Source: Azolla caroliniana
Taxonomy: Eukaryota > Plantae > Polypodiophyta
Direction of reading: 5' to 3'
NCBI GenBank assembly: GCA_043228905.1
Contig: JBHGNT010000014.1
Coordinates: 13,826,001-13,890,000 of the forward strand
Length of the DNA stretch: 64,000 nt
Positions 12,362 to 23,879 of the stretch are shown here, piece by piece; position 1 is the stretch's first letter; the number at the start of each line of letters is the position of its first letter. The position numbers were made by a program, and so were the translations under genes. The notes beneath the pieces were generated by a model, which had not been told where the DNA came from, searched no databases, and saw only the letters and a program-made list of their open reading frames with translations.

Positions 12362-14840
12362 CTATGTCCCCTTCGAGAACAATGAGTGGAAGTCGTCATT
12401 AACAATGTCGGGCCCGGTTTGTTTGGATAACGACGACGGAAGTCTTTGACACGAGCTTGAGCATTAGAAACATTATTGACGGGTTCCCAAGTGCGATCAC
12501 TCGGAGGATAGCCTACCCAATCAACCAGATAATAGAGCTTATTTCGCACAATCTTTGAATCAAGAATAACAGCTACCCCGTATTCAGGGCCATCAACAAG
12601 TTGGACAGAGGGCGGAGGTGGCACGACACGATTAGGAATGGAAGAGGTGCGACAAGGCTCCAAAAGAGAGCTATGAAAGATTGGGTGAAGCCTCATGTGT
12701 GTTGGAAGATTAAGACGAAAGATGGTATCGTTAATACGCACATTGATGAGAAAAGGACCTAAGTGCTGATAATCGAGCTTCTCACATGGCCGGGTAGTCT
12801 TGATGTGACGATGAAGCAACCATACTTGGTCACCAACCTTGAAAGGAGACTTAAGACGATGGCGATCGGCGTTGGTCTTATGTTGTTCTTGAGCTATCTG
12901 AAGATGTGAAGATAACGCTAACTGAATTCGATGAAGATGATGCTCAACTCTCGGGTTTCGAGTGACCATGGGAAGATCCAAGATAAACCATCGAGGATGG
13001 TTGCCGGTGTACGCAAAGAAAGGTGTAACCTTGGTAGAAGTGTGTATTGTGTTATTGTATGCAAACTCAACGAGATGTAGAATATTACTCCAATCATCTT
13101 GTTGATAACTGATGAAGCATCGAAGATATTGCTCGAGCATTTGATTCGTGAGCTCTGTTTGTTCATCGGTTTGTGGATGATAAGCCGAAGAGAGTTTGCA
13201 GGATATTTTGAGGCCTGCCCATAGGTGCTTCCAAAAGTGAGAGATAAATTGAGAACCACGATCAGTAATTATATCGTCTGGAAGAACATGATGGCGAATT
13301 ACTTCATGCATAATGATATCTGCGGTTTCCGGACTACTGATGCTCTTTACACATGGTAAAAAATGTGCCATCTTGGTAAACCGATCCACTACTGTTAAGA
13401 TAGTATCAAATCCTTGTGAAGGTGGCAGATCTGTAATGAAATCCATAGAATTAGACTACCATGGCTTGGTTGAAGGCTGTAACGGTTGTAACAAGCCATA
13501 ACGATGATGCCTGGGTATTTTGGCTCGACAACAGGTGCCACATGCACGAACATAATCTTTGACAAAATTTTGCAAATGAGGCCACCAAAACGAGCGCTTC
13601 ACCAACTCCATGGTCTTGGCAATACCAAAATGTCCAACCATAGGGGCATCATGACAATGCTCTAATACTTGAAGGCGAGGTGATCCATCAGGGACGTAAA
13701 GGAGATTCTTGTAAAAGAGTAACCCATCTTGCCACTTGAATTCCTGATAATGTTGACTCAAAGATGAACCTGGCATTGTGGAGCAAGATGCATGGCTTGG
13801 ACTAATGTGGGCTAAGACATCCTTAGCAAAATCATCAGAGTGAAGTTGTTGCCATATAGTATCAACAAGGCGTGAATCCAACGACGTCGCATAAACTGTT
13901 GTTGCTTGTAGCTTTGGTGGGCCTAGTAGAATTTGCTTTTGGTTGTCGAAGGCCGGATCTCCAGGTCGAGGTGTGAGATATGAACGTCGAGATAGAGCAT
14001 CTGGCTTCTCTTGTTGCTTCCCAAGGTAGAAAACGATCTTGAAATCAAAACGAGTTAGAAACAGTGCCCACCGAGCTTGTCTCCTATTTAACACTCGAGC
14101 CATTTGAAAATATGTAAGATTTTTGTGATCACTATAAATGATGATTTGATGGGGCGATCCTTCCAGGAAATGTCGCCATTGCTCAACAAAGTCAACCGCA
14201 GCTAGTAACTCCTTGTCATGGACCTCATAGTTGATCTTCGCAGCAGTAAATTTTCTCGAGTGAAACGCGTTGGATGGAACTGCTCGTCCTTGCCTTGTTG
14301 GGATAGGATACTCCCCAATGCAAAATCTGACGCATCCACTTCAATGGTAAATGGCTTTTTGGGATCAATATGTTCTAATATAGGAGCTGATATGAATGCC
14401 TCTTTGAGATGAGTAAAGGCTGTGTCCGCTTCCATAGTCCAAACAAATGCTTGATTCTTCTTGGTGAGTTGGGTGAGAGGCAACACAATCTTTGAATAAT
14501 TCCGTATGGATTTGCGATAGAAGTTAGCAAATCCGAGGAAGCATTGGACGTCACGAACAGAATGTGGGGGTTGCCATTCCAATATTGTTTTGACTTTTGC
14601 TGGATCCATGAAGATACCCTTAGATGAAATAGTATAACCTAAGAATTCAACTTGTTCGTTGTCAAAACTGCACTTCTCAAGTTTAGCATATAGACCATAG
14701 TTTCTTAAGCGTTCAAGTATTTTCTGAACATGTATATCATGCTCCTCTTGTGTTTTAGAGTAAATCAACAGATCATCTAAATAGATTATGAGAAAGATAT
14801 CCAGAAAATCCCAGAAAATGTCATTTGCCATATGTTGGAA
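12346..14840 (-). pseudogene. pol remnant of G (RT C-terminus, RNase H, integrase, chromodomain)
   Basis: Motifs YLDD, EVDASD, HDAPMVGHFG, MDFITDLP, GPF and YYLVDWVGYPPSDRTWEP, with stops and frameshifts. Confidence 0.92.
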
Positions 14841-14922
14841 ATCTTCATTCTATCTTCTTAATACATTCATTCTTCTCTTGGTGTGATCTCTTTACACTCT
14901 ATCTTTTCTCTTGGTTTTGACA

Positions 14923-15219
14923 GTTTGATTCGAATTGGTTTGAGAAGAATTATATGTCTATATTTATAGGTTCCTATAACCTAGTGATTTCTATAATGTT
15001 CTAGAATGTTCTAGACCTAGAATATTCTAAGAAGCTCTAGGATATTCTAGAATGTTCTAGAATGTTCCAGAACATTTACAATAGTTAGTCTATTACAAGA
15101 AGTAGCTTTTATTATTTCATATGATCATATGCTATCTTAATGGTTAGGTTCTTGATTATGTATTACAAGGTCTTGGGTTCAAGCCCAAGTGAAGCCATGA
15201 TGCTTGTGTATTCATGACA
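14923..15219 (-). repeat. Partial 5' LTR of G
   Basis: Matches 12002-12361 with fewer repeat units. Confidence 0.88.
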
Positions 15220-15292
15220 CTAGGCAATTTGACTAGTGTTATCTCATTCAACATCATTAGTAGTCCACAAGACTCCCTAGTTCTTGGTGTTC

Positions 15293-15700
15293 CATGGTTT
15301 GAGCTACATAACCCAACTATTGATTGGAGAAAAAGAACCATTGAAGAGGTCACAATACAGTCTGAGTTTCTTAAAATTCCAAGAAAGGATATGACATTCC
15401 AAAAGATTTCGACAATATCTATACATCAGTTACATGAGGAAGGAAGGAAGGAAAACATGTTGGTGTTCGTAGTTTTAGCAACTCCCACATCGACCTCACA
15501 TGGTTTGAGCTACATAACCCAACTATTGATTGGAGAAAAAGAACCATTGAAGAGGTCACAATACAGTCTGAGTCTCTTAAAACTCCAAGAAAGGATATGA
15601 CATTCCAAAAGATTTCGACAATCTCTATACATTAGTTACTTGAGGAAGGAAGGAAGACATGTTGGTGTTCGTAGTTTTAGCAACTCCCACATCGAGCTCA
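15293..15700 (+). repeat. ~206-bp tandem duplication within E pol
   Basis: CATGGTTTGAGCTACATAACCC starts at both 15293 and 15499. Confidence 0.9.
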
Positions 15701-17220
15701 CAAGAATCGGGGGTCCAACTACCAAAGAAATAGATAGAATTCTCCGATGTGTTTGATAAGGTGAAGGCCAATAGACTACCAGAGCATCGACCATATGATT
15801 ACCCGATTTATTTGCAGCTCGAAAAAGAGCCTCCATGGGGGCCAATTTATAACCTTTCGCCCATGGAGTTAGAGGTTCTTCGGGAATATATCAATGAGAA
15901 CTTGGCAAATGGGTTTATCCAGCATTCAAGATCTCTTGCCGGTGCACCTATATTTTTCATTAAGAAGAAAGATGGCTCACTTCGTATGGTTGTGGATTAT
16001 CGAGGATTGAATAAAGTAACTATTCGAAACCAATATGCTCTACCATTGATTTCGAGCCTTTTGGAACACCTCAATGGACCTAAGTATTTTACAAAGTTAG
16101 ATCTTGGGGGTGCTTAGAATCTTGTTCGAATTCGTCCTTGGGATGAATGGAAGACTTCTTTCCATACTCGCTATGGCCATTTTGAGTATAGAGTGATGTC
16201 ATTTGGTCTCACGAATGCACCAACGGTTTTCAAACAAATGGCAAATGACATTTTTCGAGATTTCCTCGATATTTTTGTCATAATTTACCTGGATGATATC
16301 TTGATCTACTCAAAAACTCAAGAGGATCATGATATACACGTTCGACAAGAGTTGCAACGGTTGCGTGAATATGGTCTCTATGCAAAGTTGGAGAAGTGCA
16401 GTTTTGACCAATGTCAAGTGGAATTTTTGGGGTACATAGTCTCTCATATGGCATCTCTATGGATCCAACAAAGGTTTAAACAATTTTGGATTGGCAAACA
16501 CCACAATCTGTGCAAGATGTGCAATATTTTTTAGGGTTCACAAACTTTTATCGCAAGTTCATCAAAGATTATTCAAAGATCGTATTGCCCCTCACTCAAC
16601 TAACACGAAAGAATCGACCATTTCTGTGGAGTATAAATGCAAACTCTACATTTAAAGGATTAAAGCAAGCATTTACATCCACACCAATTTTGATGCATGT
16701 TGATCCATTGAAGCGTTTTATACTTGAAGCTGATGCATCCGACTTCGCATTAGGAAGTGTATTATCCCAGATTAGCAATGATGGGCATGGAAATTCGAAG
16801 CTGCCGAAATCAACTATGAGATTCACGACAATGGCGTCATTGTGGATTCTTTTCAACAATGGCATCATTTTTTGGAGGGTTCGTCTCAAAAAATCCTTTT
16901 CTATAATGATCACAAAAATCTTCGTACACAACCAGCTCTATTCCAGGCCGTCTTACATCTCCCCCACCTCTAATCGAAGTTTCGGATGGCTCCGAATATG
17001 AAGTTGTTGCCATTCTCGACTCCAAGATTGTTCCCAACAAACTGTATTATTTGGTTGACTGGTTAAGTTATACACCTAATGATCGAACATGGGAACCTCT
17101 CGAGAATCTTGCTAATGCCTCTCAAAATGGTTGTTGCGTTTCACAACAAATATCCCCATAAGCCAAGTCTGAAATCTTGTCTTCTGACTCGTGGAACTCA
17201 TCGTTGAAAAAGGGGGATAA

Positions 17221-17673
17221 TGTCATGAAGACATACATTTTGGCCTTACAAGGATTCGAGCCCAAGACGTCTTAGTCTATATGTTAGACCTTTAGCCATT
17301 ATAATAACATATATGATGTATAGTTATAATAAATGTTTAATTAGTTATTACAAGATATTTAGAGTATTCTAGAACATTCTAGAGTATTCCAGAACATTCT
17401 AGGATATTCCATGATTATATTGAATATCATAAATATCTAAAATATTCTAGAACATTCTAGAATACTCCATAAGGACCTATAAATAGGTGTGTATTCATTC
17501 ATCACAACTCATTCGGTTCAACACCAGTTTGAAGCCCCTTAGCCTACTCTTTGTAATCCTTGCTCTCTGATAATATAAACTCACTTTCCATTTCTAGTGT
17601 TCTCTCTCTCTCTCTCTCTCTCTACCTTCTATTGTCATCTTATCTTTCTCTCTCCTATTCTCATGTCACGACA
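17221..17673 (+). repeat. 3' LTR of E with heat-shock-element-like array
   Basis: TGTCATGA...TCACGACA. TTCTAGAACATTC arrays at 17361-17468, TATAAATA at 17478, (CT)n tract. Confidence 0.88.
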
Positions 17674-18989
17674 CTCACTAGGAAGAGCGTTCCCCATTTG
17701 AGTATTCATTGTCGATGAAGCTCTCTTTCTTCTTTTTCTTCTTTCTCGAACACGCGCTATGTAGTAGCACTACGATAGCGATGAGCTAGTTCTTCTTGAA
17801 TGTCGGCGTAGAACACAACACACATGGATGGGCTAGATTGAGCTACCAAACCACTCTCATACCATGTAAAGAATTGGGTATGATTCTTGTGTAGCAGAAG
17901 AGATGTGTGTTATGTGTATGTGTGAGAGGAATTAGAGGAGAGAAGAGAGACCACGAGATAGATAGAAAAAGGAATACTCAAGAAGAAGAAGATGTATATT
18001 CACAAGTAGAATAGCAAATACAAAATGTAGCATTACAAGGAGTCACGACCGAATTAGTATGAAGTATGAGGAGGGTGCTTTATGTATAGTCACCCTCTCT
18101 CTTCATTAACTAACTACAACAACCACTCTCTCTTGGGGAATGTGAAGACTCATAGTCATGGGGAATATGTAACTCATCAGTTATGTGTCATAGAATATGA
18201 TTCTATGATACATAGTTAATGTGTAGAGAGTATTGGTGTGACTCTTGACCTTTGAGTTATCGTAGATTCTCAAAAGCTGTGTTCACACGTTGTCGTGGAG
18301 AAAACCGTCCCTAGGAGGAATCAATGCATAGAGAGCGTGAATCGGCCCTTACATGCGGGCTCAAGTATTAATGAGGGGTACATACTTGGGGAATCGATGT
18401 GTATCTCTGTCCAAAGGGACAGATAATAAAGGTGATGTGACCAGGGGAAGGGAAGAAGACAGAAAAGGGGGGAGTGGTAACAAGGACGAAGTGCTGTCGG
18501 ATTGGGACCGAGCCCTTCTCCTCTGTCTTTCATTGTTCTCTGTAGGTTTTGGGAGGCTGCCTCTGCTTCGTGGAAAGCCTAAGTGCTTCCGGTAGAGGCT
18601 CCATCTCGCGTTGTCGGTGTGCGTTGTGTGGGTTGGGGTCTGCGCGTTGACGCTTGCCGGCTAGCTGGCTATAATCTTGATCATATATATATATATATAT
18701 ATTCTCATTCATCATTCAATCTTGATTACGAGTTCTCTGTATATTTGTGTGCACGACTCGGTCGTGGTTTCGTGTCGCTCCTGCCTCTGTTCAGTTATTC
18801 CCCGGTTCAGGGCCCCCGCGGTCCCGCCTTGATTTCTCCTGCGCGTGTAGAATAACACGACATATTTGGTGAACCCGACGTGAAACAAGGCGATAGAGGA
18901 ATTGAAAGATGAGAGGATTGGAGCTTGCTTAAGCCATCTCTTCTGCCGTTGATCGGATTGTGAGTGTGCGGGATGGCACAGGCGCCCTC

Positions 18990-21035
18990 GATAGGGCCAT
19001 TGAAGCGATTGTTGGTACAATAGGCCAGTTCTGTGGGATGGACACCACGAGCTATCTGGAGGCCTATTGAGCCGAAATGGTAATGAGGGACATTCCAGAG
19101 GACAAGCGGCTGGCTGGATTCCCTTGGGTGGCAATGCTGGGCATCCACGCGGAGATGCTCGAGGTGCAAGCTGAGTGTCGAACTTGGGAAGAATTCGAAG
19201 GTCGGCTCCTTGAGAAGTAAGGGCTTGAGGATGCGCTTCGGTTATCGAAGTGGGACTTCATGTAGTGGGTGGAGACACCAGAAAAGGGGAGAAACGCATC
19301 GGTGCTCCTCCGGGATTTTGAGGAACGCTTTGCACGGCTCTCGGCACTTGACAAGACCATACTAGATACGAGTCGGGTTCTATTGTTCGTAAAGGCTGTG
19401 GACGTGCGGGATCGGGAGCAAGTGGGTCTCCTGCCGGAGACAAATGACGACCTGATGACTGACTAGACCGTGGTGAAAAGAGCTTGTGGCCGCTTCGACA
19501 AACGGCGTGAGTGGGGCGACAAGGGCTCATCGGGGGCGGGATCAGTTGCAGCAAGAAAGCTCGAGGGACCCCCGCCAGCGCGAAGGGAGGAAACTTGGAA
19601 TTGGCTCGAGATTGGCTCGACGTCGACCAACGTAGTCAAAGGCCCGTCCGGAGGAGCGGCTCTGGAAGAGCTGACGTAGATGGTATGAGACCTCTAGATT
19701 GCACAAGCAAGGAGGGATGCTGGCGAGCAGCCTCGTGACCAAAGGCCTCCGGCTGGGCATCGGTGCCTGTGGTGTGACGTGGTCGGACACATCTGGAAGG
19801 ACTGCGGGGCCTTCGGGGAAGTGCTCAGGGCTAACGTGGTGTACCTGTGGAACGGGCGAGTGCATGCTACCCAGACCCGTAGGGTCCTAGAGTTAAACAT
19901 GGGACGCGGAGAAATGAAAAGGCTGATGGAAGAAGTGGCCGCGCGCCATGTGGAGACCATACACTACTCAACGTTAGCAAGAATCCGGGTCAAGACTGAC
20001 GAAGGCTGGAAGATGAAGGACTCCAGGTTCTAGCCATTAGTTCTCGAAGGCCTCGCCGGTGTGCGGTTGAGGAAGGAGGAAGTAGACCGCATTGAAAGAC
20101 GGGTCCAAGAGGTCACCGGGTGGAGTGATCCGGTCAAGGGAAAGACAGGCTTCGTGGAAGCCGCGTGCTAGAACTATGAGTTTCTGGTAGAAGACAAGCA
20201 TGCGGGGAAGGCCGGGAGGGCCGGACCCTCGCAACGGTACGAGACCCAGTTCGGGCTGAAGCAGAACGACGTCAATACTTCCGGCCTACCGGATAAAACA
20301 AAGAAAGTTGGTTACAGGTTGAGCACCGAGATAGAAAGAATGTTAGACCTACGGAAAGTCCTAGAGGAATGAATCCTCGACAACAAGGTGGAGCTATCAT
20401 TGAGGGAAGTGCTCGGGATCGCCAAGAGAGAATTCCATGACTCCATCATGGACTTGGTGAAGCGAAAAAGGCTTTCGACGGAGCCGAAGCAAGAGAAGTC
20501 GGTGGAAGTGCGAACGACACACCTAGAGGACATGGCCCTGGAAGAGGAGTTGGCGGAAAGCCACTATTCGAAGCTGCACTGGGCAAGAGTCACTACGGAG
20601 ACCCCGGTTCGGATCGGGGACATCCAAGAGCCGGTGGTGGCGTTGGTAGACCACGGTTCGGAGATCAACCTGATGTCTATGGACTTCTACAAGAAGGGCA
20701 AGTGGCCGATCAACACCAAGCACGGGTGGAAAATTCGAACGGCGACGTGCGCAACGGAGGAGCTACACGGGGCCTGCCCAAATGTATGGGTGAAAATCGG
20801 TGAGTTTGAGATTGACCAACAGTTCTTCGTGAAGGAGACATCCTCGCATCTGGTAATATTCAGAGAACCATACATTACGGCGGCATGCATGGAGACAAAG
20901 GTGCTCGATAACGGTTTAGCGTGCGCACGCATGAAGAGCCAAGATGGGCGACAGTTCGTCCAATTTTTGGCAGTGCAACCAAACCACGAGCGCAACTGCG
21001 AGACCCTCGGCGGTGAAAGCCAAGGGGATTTTTAG
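18990..21035 (+). pseudogene. gag-protease of F
   Basis: Gag-like fragments, zinc knuckle CLWCDVVGHIWKDC, protease-like ALVDHGSEINLM, many stops. Confidence 0.8.
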
Positions 21036-21655
21036 AAAGGGCTATCAAGGCGTGGGGCCGTGGTAGTCCGGACACCCTAGACAAACTCCGCACGTGTACT
21101 ATAGGAAGGAAACGTTGTACTGTAGACAGGAAATTTTGGTTCTCTGACAATGGAGGCTATACAATAACTAGCATTGGTGGCCGGGAGAAGAAGCAGGCGG
21201 AGGGACGTCTCAGGGCACACGTAGTCCTAGGCCTTGACTAAGTGATAGGCAACGCCGTGGTGGCGGTCTCTTTCGACAATACCTTGGGAGACCTAAGGTG
21301 CATGCTTGAAGAAGGCCTTAGTGAAGACCGGACGATTCCGGTTAGTTCGGAATGGATGTACAAAGTCATCGCCGACTTCGGGAAAGGGGTTGAGCTGGAT
21401 CGGGCGGTCCATGTGCATACGAAGTACAAGACTTTGAATAGGAAGGTGAGGCCAGTCACGACACCCTGGTTGGAGGGCAGCGAGTTACAGATGAAAGGGG
21501 GATCCGGCCAGCATAGGACACCGGTTCACCAACATAACGCTGCGGGAGCTCAAGGTTGGTGGGGGTGGCTTTCTATTGCTGGCGGAGGAGGAATGATTTC
21601 GGAGAATGCTCGAGAGGCACGGGAAGGCCTTCACATTCTCACCGGAAGAGATCAG

Positions 21656-22918
21656 GTTCTGATTCGGTAAGGAGCACTTTGGAGTCGGAGCTCGTATCCT
21701 TATCTTTCCGACGCGCCTCCTCATCCAACAAGCTCGACTTCACTCTTGCTAGAGATAACTGTTTCCCTTCCGGCCCGGCGTTGCCCAAAGTGACAACCAA
21801 CGTCTCCCAGCTATCCGGGAGGGAACCGAGCAGGAGTAGCGCTAGTACCTCATCGGCGAGAGGTACTTCCAATGATGTTGCTTGGTGGATCAGCCCCTGG
21901 AAGGCATTCATGTGCTCCACCATGCTGGGGACATCTTGGTACCGGAGTCATACTAGCTTCCGGAATACCGAAACCTGATTAACAACATTTTTGTTTTGAA
22001 ACATAATGCCGATCTTCTCCCAGAGCTCATGAGCCTCGCTCTCTTCATTGAAGTTGTTGTATAGGCTCATGTTGATGAAGCACCGTATGTAAGCCGTTGT
22101 CTTCATGTGCATCACCTCCCATATCGTGGCGTCGATTTTGTCCGGTCTCTTGTCCCCAAACTGAACCGGCAACCAAAGATCTTTAACCACGAGCATGTCC
22201 GTCATCTTTGACTTCCATACCGAATAGTTGGAGCCGGTAAGCTCGAACATGCCTCCCAACGAATCGTCCATTTTCTGTGTCGTTTTGCTCTGATACCACT
22301 TGACGGAACTGCACGCTCCCTATACGCAACGTCAGCCACAACCGAGCTTAGAATCATACACAGAAAACGGGAAATAATGAACGACACGAAGAAGAGACGA
22401 GTACACTAGATGGTTACGTGGAAAACCCAAACCAAGGGAAAAACCACGGCAGCCCATAGGCTGCAAACTATCACTATGTTAGAATGTACAACAGTGAGTT
22501 CACGGAGGCAACGACCTCGCGCTCACGATCCTCGCCATAGGCGGCGGTTACAACAGAGGCAACGACCTCTTTCTCTCTCTCTTTGTACACAGTTACACGC
22601 TCTCTCTCTCCTTGCACCAACAAGAATCACAACCGCAACTAAAAGTTTGACCTAAGTCATATTTATACTAATATGACTTTTTGGCTATTTACAAATATAG
22701 CCATGATGGACTCTCAGAAACATATTTACGAATATGTCTCTCCATCCGGTTCTCACCGGGTCTGCACCATCCGGCTCTCCGTAGCCGAGTACTCCTCATC
22801 CGGTTCTCACCGGGTCTACATCATCCGGCTCTCCGTAGCCGGGTACTCGTCATCCGGTTTCCCTGTTCTTCACCACTATTCTTCGCCCTTCCGATCCGGA
22901 GGGACCTGTCTCCCAACA
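21656..22918 (-). mobile_element. Truncated copia N (5' LTR 22301-22918, Met PBS 22287-22298, gag) nested in F
   Basis: GCTCTGATACCA on +. Gag motifs LTGSNYSVWKSKM and LLLLGSLPDSWETLVVTL. LTR family shared with 38462-38881 and 61481-62112. Confidence 0.88.
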
Positions 22919-22920
22919 CA

Positions 22921-23879
22921 TTAGTTCGTAACGACTTGCGAAAGCTGTCAGATACACTCCATAGTCCGACATCAGGATGAGCTACACCCAACTTACCCGC
23001 CGACCGTCCACTTCAAGTGGATGATGGATCTAGTGACGATGCCGATGGAGGTAGGGCAGATGCAATACCTGGTGCTAGCACGAGAGAACCTAACGAACCA
23101 GGTGGAGGGCCGAGCGTTAATGAACAAGACGACCGTGGCCGTGTGTCGGTTCCTAATCGAAGAGGTGGTATGTCGGTACGGGTGCGTAGGGAAGATCATA
23201 GCGGACCATGGAGAACTGGATGCGCAAGCGGCCGAAGAGCTGTTTGATCGGTTAGGGGTTAAACTCTCGCTCACCATGACGTAAATTTTGGAGGCAAATG
23301 GGAAGGTGGAACGCGAACACAGGCCAATCGTAAAGTCGTTGGTACAGGCATGTGAAGGCCAAGTTGGGAACTGGCCGCAACTCCTGCCTTACGCGTTGTG
23401 GGCAGACCGAACTACGCACATTTCGGTAACCGGGTTCATGCCAGCGGAGCTGATGTATGGGCAGAAGCCGATCATGCTGATGGGGTGAACAATCTCCTCA
23501 TGGACCGCGGTGGACTGGATAGACGAGATGAGTCGGGAGGAGCTGTTAGTGGCGCAAATTCGACAGTTCGAGCGAAGACCGGAGGAAGTGGAACGAGCAA
23601 CGGGGAAGCTGCGTGCGGCAAGGACAAAGAACAAGGGGCGATTTGACCGGACTCACCAACTACGACCGAAGAAAATTGAGGAAGGCGATCTGGAAATTTG
23701 CGAGGAGGTGGTTCTGGCCTTACGCAATGACAAGCACCAACGACAATGGCACCTACCATCTCGAGGGGCTCGACGGAACGAGGATAGTTGTGCTGGTGGC
23801 GGGGAAGAGGATCAAGGCATTCAAGAAGCAGCACGAGGACGAACCGGACCCAAAAGACATGGATAGCGATAGTGACTAG
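22921..23879 (+). pseudogene. Integrase of F
   Basis: KWMMDLVTMP, IIADHGE, ANGKVER, LPYALWADRTT, with stops and frameshifts. Confidence 0.85.

Larger units (their letters stand above)
11867..15219 (-). mobile_element. Internally deleted Tcn1-like chromovirus G nested in the protease of E
   Basis: Perfect TSD CTAGG (11862-11866 and 15220-15224). 3' LTR 11867-12361; partial 5' LTR 14923-15219. Confidence 0.93.
10809..17673 (+). mobile_element. Degenerate Tcn1-like chromovirus E (interrupted by D and G; integrase core deleted)
   Basis: gag (GLRNDV, PTPMEI, CLYCGGPGH), protease LLDSGA split by G, RT (VVDYRGLNK, YLDD), RNase H (EADASD), chromodomain ~16995-17160, PPT AAAAGGGGGATAA, LTR 17221-17673. 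Confidence 0.9.

Noticed and set aside
18353-18855. Short ORFs repeated in LTRs (also 5309-5615, 24137-24544, 51698-51913)
   Set aside because: They recur only because LTRs are repeated; there is no domain or coding evidence.
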